Shown here: positions 47,066 through 56,061 of the stretch, in pieces
How positions within the stretch are numbered: position 1 is the stretch's first letter
Layout of the letters: the number at the start of each line of letters is the position of its first letter
Origin: an uncultured bacterium
GTDB taxonomy: Bacteria; Auribacterota; Erginobacteria; Erginobacterales; CAZKCI01
Reading direction: 5' to 3'
DNA length: 64,000 nucleotides
Assembly: GCA_964551475.1 (NCBI GenBank)
Contig: CAZKCI010000117.1
Coordinates: 471 to 64,470, forward strand
Translations under genes and position numbers: made by a program
Notes under the pieces: model-generated
Told to the model about the DNA's origin: nothing
The model's database searches: none
Seen by the model: the letters and a program-made list of their open reading frames with translations, nothing else

Positions 47066-49003
47066 ATGAGAAAGATGGCGATGTGTTTCGGGATACTGGC
47101 CGCCGGCCTGATTCCGATTGTCGGGGTAAGCGCGCCGGTCAACTTCCGTGTCATCCACGAGTTCGACGGCTCGAACGGCGCGGCGCCCTATGGTCACCTG
47201 ATCTCCGTTTATGGCCTGCTCTACGGGATGACCGCAGGGGATACGGACGGCAACACGGGGACGGTCTTCTCCATCGCCCCCGATGGCTCCGGCTACACCG
47301 TCCTTCACAAATTTGCCGGGCCGCCCGATGACGGGCAATGGCCCCACGGAAGCCTTTTCTTCCAGAACGATGGTTTCTACGGGATCACCTGGGCGGGAGG
47401 CTGCTCCGATAATAATTGCGGCAACCTGGACGGCACGGGCTGCGGCACGCTTTTCTCGATGCAGAGCGACGGTTCCGGCTACCAGGTCTTCTGGACATTC
47501 GCCTGCGGGGGAGGAGACCAGGGTGTCGCCACGCCGGGCGCCCACTTTGTCTCCGACGGCAGCGTGCTCTACAGCACCGCGGAAATGGGCGGGCCCTACA
47601 GCTTCTGGGGCGGCGGCGCGGTCTTCTCCATCCGACCGGACGGAACCGAGTTTCAACTCCTCCACATCTTCAGCGACACCGACGGGGAGCACCCCGCGGC
47701 CGGCCTGCTCCTGAACCAGGGCGTTCTGTACGGGACGACCATGGCCGGGGGCGAGAACGCCGACGGGACGGTATTCTCCATCGGGACCGATGGCTCCAAT
47801 TTCACCACCCTTCACCAGTTCGACGGAGACGACGGCACCGGCTGCTTCTCCGCGCCGGTCATGGCCGGCGGGAGGCTCTTCGGCGCGACCGCGCTGGGCG
47901 GCGAGGACGGCAACGGGAACCTCTTTTCGCTCCGTCCCGACGGCTCGGACTTCCGGGTTATCCACGATTTTGCGGAGGAAGACGGCGGACCGATGGAGGG
48001 CGTGATCCTCGCCGGCGATACGCTGTACGGAGTCACGGTCGGGAACGGCCCCGATGCGTTCGGGACGATCTTCTCGATCAAGACGGACGGGAGCGATTAC
48101 ACGGTCCTCCATCGCTTCAGCTATGACGACGGGTCCTGGATTGACGGCCATTTGCTCCTGGTCGGGAACACCTTCTACGGTCTCGCCTCCCACGGCGGTT
48201 CCGGCGAGAATGGCCTCATCTTCGCTTTCGACCGGCCGGACCCCGACTATATCGTCCTGGGATCGGGCGATTACAACGGGGACTCGACGTCCGATGTCGC
48301 GGTTTTCCGTCCTTCTTCGGGACTCTGGTCGATCCGTTCCCTGAGCCGGGCATATTTCGGAACCGCCGGCGACATCCCCGCTCCCGGGGATTTCGACGGT
48401 GACGGGACAGCAGATCCCGCGATTTATCGCCGCGCTGCCGGTCTCTGGGCGGTGCGCGGAATCACGAGGCTTTCGTTCGGGGGGGTGGACGATCTGCCTG
48501 TCCCCGCCGACTACGACCGCGACGGCCGCTGTGACCCCGCGCTCTTCAATCAGTCCTCCGGCCTGTGGCATGTGGCTGGTTTGACCCGCGTGCAGCAGGG
48601 GACGCTGGGCGACCTGCCGGTCCCCGGCGACTGGAACGGGGACGGCTCCGCCGATGCGGCCGTCTTCACTCCCTCCTCCGGTTTGTGGTCCATCCGGAAT
48701 TTCACTGAATCTTATTTTGGACTTCCGGGAGACATCCCGGTTCCCAGGGATTACGACGCGGACGGCAGGACAGACCGGGCGATCTTCCGGCCCTCGACGG
48801 GGATGTGGAGGGCGGCGTTATCGGCGGGAGGCGGGATGACGGCCGGCCTGGGGTCGGAGAGAGATCTGCCGGTCCCGGCTGAGTATTCAGGGACCGGTCC
48901 GGCCGTTCCGGCGATCTTCCGCCCGATCAGCGGCCTCTGGGCGGTGAGGGACCTGACCCGTCTCTATCTCGGTTCGACCGACGATATGCCGATGACACGC
49001 TGA
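47066..49003 (+). CDS. Secreted Gloeo_Verruco (GloVer) repeat protein with a six-repeat C-terminal module
   Basis: AGGAGG RBS and a signal peptide. Repeats of the form G(T/A)(V/L)FS(I/L)..DGS....(L/I)H.F. Module at 48266-49000, ending ...DDMPMTR. Confidence 0.75.
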   Translation: MRKMAMCFGILAAGLIPIVGVSAPVNFRVIHEFDGSNGAAPYGHLISVYGLLYGMTAGDTDGNTGTVFSIAPDGSGYTVLHKFAGPPDDGQWPHGSLFFQNDGFYGITWAGGCSDNNCGNLDGTGCGTLFSMQSDGSGYQVFWTFACGGGDQGVATPGAHFVSDGSVLYSTAEMGGPYSFWGGGAVFSIRPDGTEFQLLHIFSDTDGEHPAAGLLLNQGVLYGTTMAGGENADGTVFSIGTDGSNFTTLHQFDGDDGTGCFSAPVMAGGRLFGATALGGEDGNGNLFSLRPDGSDFRVIHDFAEEDGGPMEGVILAGDTLYGVTVGNGPDAFGTIFSIKTDGSDYTVLHRFSYDDGSWIDGHLLLVGNTFYGLASHGGSGENGLIFAFDRPDPDYIVLGSGDYNGDSTSDVAVFRPSSGLWSIRSLSRAYFGTAGDIPAPGDFDGDGTADPAIYRRAAGLWAVRGITRLSFGGVDDLPVPADYDRDGRCDPALFNQSSGLWHVAGLTRVQQGTLGDLPVPGDWNGDGSADAAVFTPSSGLWSIRNFTESYFGLPGDIPVPRDYDADGRTDRAIFRPSTGMWRAALSAGGGMTAGLGSERDLPVPAEYSGTGPAVPAIFRPISGLWAVRDLTRLYLGSTDDMPMTR

Positions 49004-49037
49004 TTTGGCGACCGCCTGGCTGAATTCGCCAGGATTA

Positions 49038-49075
49038 GAGGGACGGTGTCAACTTGCAAGTTGGCACCGTCCCTC
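49038..49075. terminator. Bidirectional hairpin between convergent genes (full palindromic form of the GGGACGGTGTCAACTTG REP family)
   Basis: gagggacggtgtcaacttg/caagttggcaccgtccctc, a 19-bp stem with one G-T pair. Confidence 0.6.
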
Positions 49076-49103
49076 CTCCCCATCCTCGGAATTACAGCAG
49101 CGA

Positions 49104-50762
49104 TTAGGGCTTCTTGACTTCGTCCACCACGATCCCCACGGGATACTGGTAGGTGTCGGTCCCGAAGTAGTAGGCCTTGCCCTTGATGATCAACCCTTCG
49201 GCGGCATAGTCGGCTTTCTTTTTCGAGATCTTTGCCCAGTCCTTGGCCGCCTGGGACCCCTTGAGGAAATACCCCCGGAGGCACTTCATCGTCGTCTCGG
49301 GCTCGCCGGGGAGGTTGAGCTTCCAACATTCGTAGTTGTCCCTGCCGAACTCCTTCAGGGGGAAGGTGGAGAGATCGGCGGCGCCCATCCCGGCGCGGAA
49401 GGAGACCGGCTTGCCGGCGAGGGTCTTGACCTCGGCTGAGTCTTTCTGGAAGAGGGCGAAAGCCGTTTCGGCGTAGTCAACAGACGCGGTGGGGGCGGCG
49501 GCGGATTGGTAGGACGCGAAAGGCCCCGCGATCTGGACGCCCCGTTCCGGAAGCTTGGAGACCAGATTCGGGACGACGGCGGCCAGGGGATAGGCGACCC
49601 CGTGGTTCTGGCGCTTCGACCCCGCCTCGGCCTGGAGGGGAAGGCCGACGGAGCGGCGCCACTCGTTCATCGTGTCCATGTTTAGCTTCCCGGGCTCGGA
49701 AGCCACGAAGCTGGAGAACTGGTCAAAATAATCCTGGTCGGGATTGAAGCCGGGGTTCTCGTCGCTGTTGCCGCCGGTTCCGCCGAGCATGAACGGCTCG
49801 CCGTCCGCGTTCAGCGCTTTGAGCTCCTCCGGTTTCCAGACCAGGAGGTTCTTCTTGTCGGCGTCCATATACTTGTAGTAGCCGCCCTGGTTCTGAAAGA
49901 GGACGTTGTCCTTCATGACCAGGTCTTCACTCCCGAAGGTGTTGGAGACGGCGTAGCCGGCCTCGCCGCCCTCGGTCTGGCAGAAGGCGATGATGTTCTT
50001 CTCCAGGACCGTCTTCCCCTGACGGCCGACGAAAACGCCCATGCCGCCGCCCCGGCTCGGGTAGTACCAGCAGAAGACCAGCGCGCAGTTCCGGACCGTC
50101 ACCGTCCCTCCGGGCTGTGTGGATCGGGTCTCGACCCCGGCATAAATGGCGTTGACGATGAAGGTGTTGGCCACCAGGTTGTCCTTCCCCGCCCAGGCGA
50201 CATAGATCCCCTCGCCGATCGGGTTGGCGATGATGCAGTTGAGGATCTTGATGTTGGGCGAGGAGCCCTCGAAGGCCTTGCCGGGGTAGGAAGGCGCCTT
50301 GAGCATCACGCTGCCTTCCGGGGTGTAACGGTTCCGGGAGAAGCAGTTCAGGACCAGGCCGTCCACGGTGAGGCCGCTGTGGTCCTTCCCGCCCACGCCC
50401 GCGATGATCCCCTCGGGGAGGCCCGTCCAGTCGCCCTTGTAATCGGAGGCGCGTTCCAGGACCGTGAGATTCTTGAAGGGGTCCCGCTCCGAGAAATCGT
50501 CGTTATAGCCTCCGGCGATGGTGAGATCCGGGATCTTGATCGAGTAATGGCCGCATCCCCCCTTGCCGTTGTAGACGCCTTTGGCGACATGGATGACGTC
50601 GCCGCGAGTCGCTTTGTCCAATGCGTTCCAGATGTCGCCAAAGGGAGACTCCTTGGAGCCATTCCCCTCCGACCCCGCTTTCACGTACCAGTCGGCGGCG
50701 GGGAGCGAGGAAGACCAGGCAAAAAACAGGGCGCAGAACAGGATGCCTACAAAATATTTCAT
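49104..50762 (-). CDS. Secreted right-handed parallel beta-helix protein (DUF1565/pectate-lyase-like)
   Basis: AAGGAGG RBS and a signal peptide. WYVKAGSEGNGSKESPFGDIWNALDKATRGDVIHVAKGVY matches the N-terminal cap signature. Confidence 0.75.
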   Translation of the reverse strand: MKYFVGILFCALFFAWSSSLPAADWYVKAGSEGNGSKESPFGDIWNALDKATRGDVIHVAKGVYNGKGGCGHYSIKIPDLTIAGGYNDDFSERDPFKNLTVLERASDYKGDWTGLPEGIIAGVGGKDHSGLTVDGLVLNCFSRNRYTPEGSVMLKAPSYPGKAFEGSSPNIKILNCIIANPIGEGIYVAWAGKDNLVANTFIVNAIYAGVETRSTQPGGTVTVRNCALVFCWYYPSRGGGMGVFVGRQGKTVLEKNIIAFCQTEGGEAGYAVSNTFGSEDLVMKDNVLFQNQGGYYKYMDADKKNLLVWKPEELKALNADGEPFMLGGTGGNSDENPGFNPDQDYFDQFSSFVASEPGKLNMDTMNEWRRSVGLPLQAEAGSKRQNHGVAYPLAAVVPNLVSKLPERGVQIAGPFASYQSAAAPTASVDYAETAFALFQKDSAEVKTLAGKPVSFRAGMGAADLSTFPLKEFGRDNYECWKLNLPGEPETTMKCLRGYFLKGSQAAKDWAKISKKKADYAAEGLIIKGKAYYFGTDTYQYPVGIVVDEVKKP

Positions 50763-50793
50763 ATTCCCTCCTTGGGTTGTCTCGTTCTCGGAA

Positions 50794-51003
50794 TCAGTCG
50801 ACGCCGATCATCACGCTGGAGGCCTTGATCACGGCGTAGGCCTTCTGCCCGCACTTCAGGCCGAGGGACTGGGCGGACTCCTTGGTGATGATCGAGGCGA
50901 TCTTCTGGCCGTCGGGGAGGCCGATAACCACCTCGACGTTCACCGCTCCGTCCGTGATCTCCTTGATCGTGCCGCGCAGTATGTTCCGGGCGCTGATCTT
51001 CAT
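50794..51003 (-). CDS. Molybdopterin-binding Mop/TOBE-domain protein
   Basis: MKISARNILRGTIKEITDGAVNVEVVIGLPDGQKIASIITKESAQSLGLKCGQKAYAVIKASSVMI, 69 aa. Confidence 0.85.
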   Translation of the reverse strand: MKISARNILRGTIKEITDGAVNVEVVIGLPDGQKIASIITKESAQSLGLKCGQKAYAVIKASSVMIGVD

Positions 51004-51091
51004 GGCCTACGCCTCCTTCGGTTCCGGGTCATTCCCGCATGGAAGTATAGCACTTTTGCCATTGTTTGAACGGGGGGCGCTCTGACCCAGC

Positions 51092-52192
51092 CTACGAGCG
51101 GAGGGTGATGCGGAGGATCTCGGCCGGTCGCCAGAGGCGCATACGCGGGCCCCAGGTCCCCGTGCCGCGGCTCACGATGACCGTCAGCCCATCATCTTCA
51201 TATGCCCCCTCGAAAAATGCGTAGTGCGGACGGACGAAATAGCTGAAAGGCCAAATCTGCCCCGCGTGTGTGTGGCCGCATAGCATCAAACCCACACCCT
51301 TTCCTTCTAAATCCTCGGGCCGAGGAGGGGAGTGAGAGAGCATGATTGTCGCGCCAGTTGGACGGCCCGCGAGAGCTTTCCCGAAAGGATCGCCGGTTCT
51401 CCGGACCGATCGCATCCCCCCGCCGATGTTGTCCACACCCGCCAGGACCAGGCCTGGCCGCACCTCGGCCCACGTGTCGTGAAGGACACGGAAGCCTCCC
51501 GCGGTGATAAGTTCCTTGCCGGCACCATCGTGGCCGTAGGATTCGTGATTGCCGAGGACCGCCCAGAGTCCCAGGGGAGCGGACAGGCGGCGGAGGATGG
51601 GGGGCAGGGCTTCAGGGACCTGGCCGTGGCCTTCGAAGGCATCCCCGAGCAGGACCACCAGGTCGGGATTGAGTTTCCGGACCTGATCGACACGGGCCGA
51701 GAGCCATTCCTCTCCGAGGAGTGTGCCGAGATGGAGGTCCGAAAGGGCAACGATCGTCGTTCCGTTGAGCTCCCCAGGTAAGCCTGCGAGGCGCACCTCG
51801 TAGTCGATCACCACAGGGGGACGGAGACCCTGCACCAGTGCGACCGCCGAGAGAGCGCTGCCCGCGATCAAAGCCCAGCCCCTCAGGACTGGGGCAGTGC
51901 GCCGGAATAGGAAACCGAAGCCGGTGGCCACGTCGACCGCGAACAGGCAGGCGAAAAGCAGGAAGAGCGCGGCCATCCAAGTCATGCCGACCAACTCGAC
52001 AGCCGCGGCCACCGTTCCCGCTCCGTTGTGGCCGAAGTGAAGGCCGAGGACGAAGACCCCCCAGAGGGCCGCGCCCGCCAGGGGGAGGAAGCCGCGATGC
52101 AGTCGGCGCTTCAGGGCCGGTATCGAACCGGCTCGCCAGAAGACATAGAGCTGCAGGACGGAAAAGAGAACAGTGAGGATGGGTCCAAACAC
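51092..52192 (-). CDS. Membrane-anchored metallophosphoesterase (YkuE-like)
   Basis: GTG start with an AAGGAGG RBS. About 4 N-terminal TM. Motifs IVALSDLHLG, VVLLGDAFEG, LGNHE, CGHTHAGQ. Confidence 0.85.
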   Translation of the reverse strand: MFGPILTVLFSVLQLYVFWRAGSIPALKRRLHRGFLPLAGAALWGVFVLGLHFGHNGAGTVAAAVELVGMTWMAALFLLFACLFAVDVATGFGFLFRRTAPVLRGWALIAGSALSAVALVQGLRPPVVIDYEVRLAGLPGELNGTTIVALSDLHLGTLLGEEWLSARVDQVRKLNPDLVVLLGDAFEGHGQVPEALPPILRRLSAPLGLWAVLGNHESYGHDGAGKELITAGGFRVLHDTWAEVRPGLVLAGVDNIGGGMRSVRRTGDPFGKALAGRPTGATIMLSHSPPRPEDLEGKGVGLMLCGHTHAGQIWPFSYFVRPHYAFFEGAYEDDGLTVIVSRGTGTWGPRMRLWRPAEILRITLRS

Positions 52193-52280
52193 GCTTCCTC
52201 CTTGTTATTGCGTGAAGCATCCCACGAAAACGCCTGGAAGGCAACCGGCGGGGAGGGACGGGGAGCCGGCCGCGCCGGCT

Positions 52281-52470
52281 TGGTCAAGGCGCTGGCCGGA
52301 TATTCCTCAAAGTATTATTCGGCCAGATATAAATTTACAAAGATTATTGACTTCATAACCATCCCCGTGATAGCGTCCCTTTCAACCATGGGAGGTTATC
52401 GTGCTTTTCTCGGGTGAGGTTAGGTGGCTTTCCAACCCGGCGCTGGAGAGTAGTCCAGGCCGGGTATTCC
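52281..52470 (+). repeat. Cassette-leader module, copy 1 (hairpin + promoter-like + structured leader + hairpin)
   Basis: tggtcaaggcg; ctggccg-N21-cggccag (52292-52326); TTGACT (52347-52352)-N18-TAGCGT; cccgg..ctgga-N6-tccag.ccggg (52436-52464). It lies 57 nt upstream of the RelA/SpoT-like gene. Confidence 0.85.
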
Positions 52471-52526
52471 ATTATCGAACTCCGGAAGGAAATGGGAAAC
52501 AGATGTAGCTGAACAAGGAAACAATC

Positions 52527-53222
52527 GTGCAAAAAGGCGAATTCGAAAGCCTGACTACGAGGTTGAACAAGCTATGGGCGGCGCTATGCGAATGCGCACG
52601 TCGCTATCGGCGCCGCTATTCATTAGCAACCAATCCGAAAGAGGTTCTCCCCCGCAGTCAAACCCATAACCTTGATGACCTTAGGGAGGCCGCCGAAGAT
52701 GCACTTCCTCTCCTGAAGAAAATCTGCGGGCGAGTCGCTGATGATCTCGGGGGACGCTTTATAGCCAATGTGAAATCCTGCAAGCGGATAGAGGAGCGCT
52801 TAAAGCAGGGGATTCATCTGGGAGATATCGAAGATCCGGTCCGGGCTACAATTATTTTCAAGAGCCTGGATCAGATGGCGGAAGGCCTCAATCTTCTCCT
52901 GGACGCATTGAAAGAAGAGACGCCAGAACATATTCGCGTCGAAGATTATTATGCCGATCCTCTGGATTATGGGTATATCGGACTTCAGGTCGAAACATTG
53001 CTTCCGGCCAGCATAAGGGGAGAACCGAGACTGATAAGGGCCGAGATACAAATTCACACCGATCTCTCACTGGAAGCAAGGGAGACGGTGCATCGCTCCT
53101 ACGAAGGGCTTCGGTCACAAAAAGACACAGCCATCTTCGAGGAAGATGATTACAAAGCTTATCTCCAAAGGAGGCTGGCTTCGATGGAGAGCTTCGTCAA
53201 CGCTTTCCGGAAGATGTTGTAG
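52527..53222 (+). CDS. RelA/SpoT-domain nucleotidyltransferase (small alarmone synthetase / toxSAS-like)
   Basis: VKSCKRIEERLKQ, IEDPVRATIIF, DYGYIGLQVE, AEIQIHT, HRSYEGLR. These are colinear with the RSH synthetase motifs (RxKxxxSixxK; DxxGxR; GYxSxH; EiQiRT; HxxYK). GTG start. Confidence 0.7.
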   Translation: MQKGEFESLTTRLNKLWAALCECARRYRRRYSLATNPKEVLPRSQTHNLDDLREAAEDALPLLKKICGRVADDLGGRFIANVKSCKRIEERLKQGIHLGDIEDPVRATIIFKSLDQMAEGLNLLLDALKEETPEHIRVEDYYADPLDYGYIGLQVETLLPASIRGEPRLIRAEIQIHTDLSLEARETVHRSYEGLRSQKDTAIFEEDDYKAYLQRRLASMESFVNAFRKML

Positions 53223-53562
53223 ATGCCTGAGAATATTCCCGATGGATTATTTTCCAGGCTTGCTCTTCGGAAATCCGTCTCCCATAGAACTGGGCTTCAA
53301 CCGGATTTACCGGCTTCCAATCGGAAAGATCGCGGTTGAAAACCTCGCCCCTAATCCCCCGATTGTTTGGCAGGCTGACAACTCGATAGACGGTTTCACC
53401 TCGGACGTAATATCCCGCGATAGTCGCTTTCATCTTTTGTTCCTCCAATAAAAGTTTGCGAATGTATGCCGCTGCCGAAAGGTTATATGCGTTGCCGGAG
53501 GCAAATTCCCAGAGATCATCTTCCAGGTAAACATTATGCCTTTTCCGATTGGAGATTTTCAT
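53197..53562 (-). CDS. Hypothetical protein with an RHH-like N-terminus; convergent with and overlapping the 3' end of the RelA/SpoT-like gene
   Basis: MKISNRKRHNVYLEDDLWEFASGNAYNLSAAAYIRKLLLEE fits a beta-alpha-alpha pattern. The rest is unassigned. The track ORF extends to 53619. Confidence 0.4.
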   Translation of the reverse strand: MKISNRKRHNVYLEDDLWEFASGNAYNLSAAAYIRKLLLEEQKMKATIAGYYVRGETVYRVVSLPNNRGIRGEVFNRDLSDWKPVNPVEAQFYGRRISEEQAWKIIHREYSQASTTSSGKR

Positions 53563-53756
53563 TGGGTTTAGCCGTGGGAGAGTCCTTTCCCTAGCTTCAG
53601 TATAGCATATACACAACATTTATGTATATCAAGCGAAAAATGCAAAAATCTACCGGCCATCTCTGTCGCTGTATCATCCTATACGATAATGAGTAACGAA
53701 TATCCCCAGTCTGCTCCAGTGCGATGCATAAGCGATTTTTTATGCGCCAGGTTTAA

Positions 53757-54050
53757 AATGCGCCTTTTCAATCGAGAGGAAATCAGGCCGGAAAAGAATC
53801 ATGTTCTGGCAACGCCACCGCCCTGCCGATCACGGTCGGCGAAATCAGCGGCGGGGCGGCCTTGACGCTGCGGATGGCTCAGCAGAACCGCAAGCCATAC
53901 CTGCACATCGACTTGGAGTCGGTTCCGGCAGATAAGGCGATTCGGCTAATCCAGTCATGGTTAGGCCGGATAAAGTCAGGGATTCTAAACATCGCCGGTT
54001 CCCGAGAATCGAAGTCACCTGGGATTGATAAGAAGGCTTACGCCGTCCAA
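53757..54050 (+). pseudogene. C-terminal fragment of a cpYpsA / MoCo-carrier-like SLOG protein
   Basis: ...GNATALPITVGEISGGAALTLRMAQQNRKPYLHIDL...ILNIAGSRESKSPGI matches the C-terminal signature (..GGT..T......KP......LNVAGPRES..PGI). There is a stop at 53754-53756 just upstream and no N-terminal half. The reading frame runs into module copy 2. Confidence 0.5.
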
Positions 54051-54240
54051 GTCAAGGCGCTGGCCAGATATTCCTCAAAGTATTCTTCGGCCAGAATTAA
54101 ATCCCTAAAGATTATTGACTTTTCAACCTTCCCCGTGATAGCGTCCTTTTCAACCATGGGAGGTTCCCGTGTTGTTCTTGAGTGAGGTCAGGTGGTGTTC
54201 TAAACCCGGTGCTGGAGGTTAGTCCAGGCCGGGTATTTTT
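54051..54240 (+). repeat. Cassette-leader module, copy 2
   Basis: Same order of elements as copy 1. TTGACT at 54115-54120. Terminal hairpin followed by TATTTTT. It lies 79 nt upstream of the PLD gene, with an extra 11-bp hairpin gcggtccggtt-N10-aaccggaccgc in between. Confidence 0.85.
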
Positions 54241-54318
54241 ATTCGATTGTCTCCGCCCCGCCGAAGCGGTCCGGTTTGTCGCGATTAACCGGACCGCTAT
54301 TCGCGCGGGAAGAAACCA

Positions 54319-56061
54319 ATGGTCTTGGCCAATCGTAGGGGGTGCGCATTGACTGCGGAATTTCAAGTCAGCGGCCAGAATGTCTCGGCGCTGTTCACGT
54401 TAACGATTCACCGCGGTGAGGGTATGGCCCTGCTTGCGATGAACTGGAAAAAGGGGGAACCCCCGCAGGACTTTGTCGGTTTCGCCATCGAATATAGTGA
54501 GCCGAATGGCGAAAAATTCTACGTCTTGAAAAACCGCTTGGGCTTCTGCGATGCGAGCGGCAACGTCAATCCAAACGTGCTGTCGACCAGGCTCTCGCCG
54601 ATCCAGAAATTCCGCTGGGTGCATTTCCCCTACCATGCCGAGCTCCCCGGCACATTCGTTTACCGGGTCACCCCGGTATTTATGAATGGAGCTGACGAGT
54701 TGAGCTATGGCGAAGCACAAGAGGCCGCCATTGAGCTCCGCCGCGAGACCTATCCGGGTTTGCTCAACGTCGCCTTCACCCGCGGATTCATCTCGTCGCA
54801 GGCATTCGTTCGGAACTACAAGTACGCCGGGGCCATCTCCACGCTATTGCCGGAGAAAGCGTCCGACGGGTTGACCTTTGTTCCGACCCATCCCAAGACC
54901 GATGAGGCCCTGGCGTGGATGGGCTTCGAAGCGCGGAATGCGATCCTTGATGTGCTCGACAAGGCCATCGCCGACGAGAAGGCTCAGGTCCGCGTGGTGG
55001 CTTATGATCTCAGCGAATGCGATGTTGTGTCGCGTCTGGAGAAGCTCGGGCCACGCCTAAAGATCATCATCGATGACAGCCAAGACCATGGCGAAGCGGA
55101 TTCGGGCGAAAGGCAGGCGGAAACGCGCCTGTCGGCCTCGGCGGGCGCCGCCAACGTCAAGCGGCAGCACGTGTCGAAACTCCAGCACAACAAGACCATC
55201 GTGATCGACGGCCCCGAAAGCCAGACGGTCGTGTGCGGCTCGACCAATTTCAGCTGGCGCGGATTATTCGTGCAATCGAACAATGCGATGATTCTGCATG
55301 GGGCAAGCGCAGTCGCACCATTTCTGGCGGCATTCGAGAACTATTGGTCGCTGAAACCGGCAGGTTTCAAGAACTCTGCATCCGCGGGATGGACCGATCT
55401 CGGCCTGGATGGGATCGACGCGCGCGTAGCGTTTTCTCCCCACGCGCCATCGAACGCGTTGTTGGAAACCATCGCTGACGACATTGGAAACAACACCACA
55501 TCGTGCCTATTCTTTTCTCTGGCATTTCTCGCTCAAACCCCGGGGCCCATTCTGGAAGCAATCAAGAAGGTGTCGGCAGACGACAAGCTTTTTGTCTATG
55601 GCCTCTCCGACCGGAAAGTAGGCGGTCTCGATCTGCAGAAGCCTGACGGCGATGTCTCGTCGGTCTTTCCCGCAGCGCTGGCGAAGAACCTCCCGGAGCC
55701 GTTTTCCCAAGAACCAACCGGAGGCGGGGGCATCCGCATGCATCACAAATTCATCGTTATCGACTTCGACAAGCCGACCGCCCGGGTCTATCTCGGCTCG
55801 TATAACTTTTCCTCGCCCGCGGACACCAAGAACGGAGAAAACCTGCTTCTGATCCGAGACCGCCGGATCGCGGTCTCCTATATTGTCGAGGCGCTGCGCA
55901 TTTTCGACCACTACCATTTCAGGGTGACCCGGCAGGAAGCCAAGAAGGCCAAAAGGAAGCTCATACTTGCCACGCCGCCGCGGAAAGAGGGGGAAGAGCC
56001 TTGGTGGGCCAAGTACTATATGAACGCCCGGAAAATCCGCGATCGCGAACTCTTCGCTTAG
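54319..56061 (+). CDS. Phospholipase D-superfamily (two HKD motifs) protein with a beta-rich N-terminal domain
   Basis: LQHNKTIVID...GSTNFS and MHHKFIVID...GSYNFS (HxKxxxxD...GSxN, twice). Confidence 0.85.
   Translation: MVLANRRGCALTAEFQVSGQNVSALFTLTIHRGEGMALLAMNWKKGEPPQDFVGFAIEYSEPNGEKFYVLKNRLGFCDASGNVNPNVLSTRLSPIQKFRWVHFPYHAELPGTFVYRVTPVFMNGADELSYGEAQEAAIELRRETYPGLLNVAFTRGFISSQAFVRNYKYAGAISTLLPEKASDGLTFVPTHPKTDEALAWMGFEARNAILDVLDKAIADEKAQVRVVAYDLSECDVVSRLEKLGPRLKIIIDDSQDHGEADSGERQAETRLSASAGAANVKRQHVSKLQHNKTIVIDGPESQTVVCGSTNFSWRGLFVQSNNAMILHGASAVAPFLAAFENYWSLKPAGFKNSASAGWTDLGLDGIDARVAFSPHAPSNALLETIADDIGNNTTSCLFFSLAFLAQTPGPILEAIKKVSADDKLFVYGLSDRKVGGLDLQKPDGDVSSVFPAALAKNLPEPFSQEPTGGGGIRMHHKFIVIDFDKPTARVYLGSYNFSSPADTKNGENLLLIRDRRIAVSYIVEALRIFDHYHFRVTRQEAKKAKRKLILATPPRKEGEEPWWAKYYMNARKIRDRELFA

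Noticed and set aside
44356-48571. Minus-strand ORFs 44356-46428 (690 aa) and 46601-48571 (656 aa), and the off-frame plus-strand ORFs 44472-45413 and 46035-47045
   Set aside because: They overlap the metallophosphoesterase and GloVer-repeat genes and have R/G/P-rich shadow composition.
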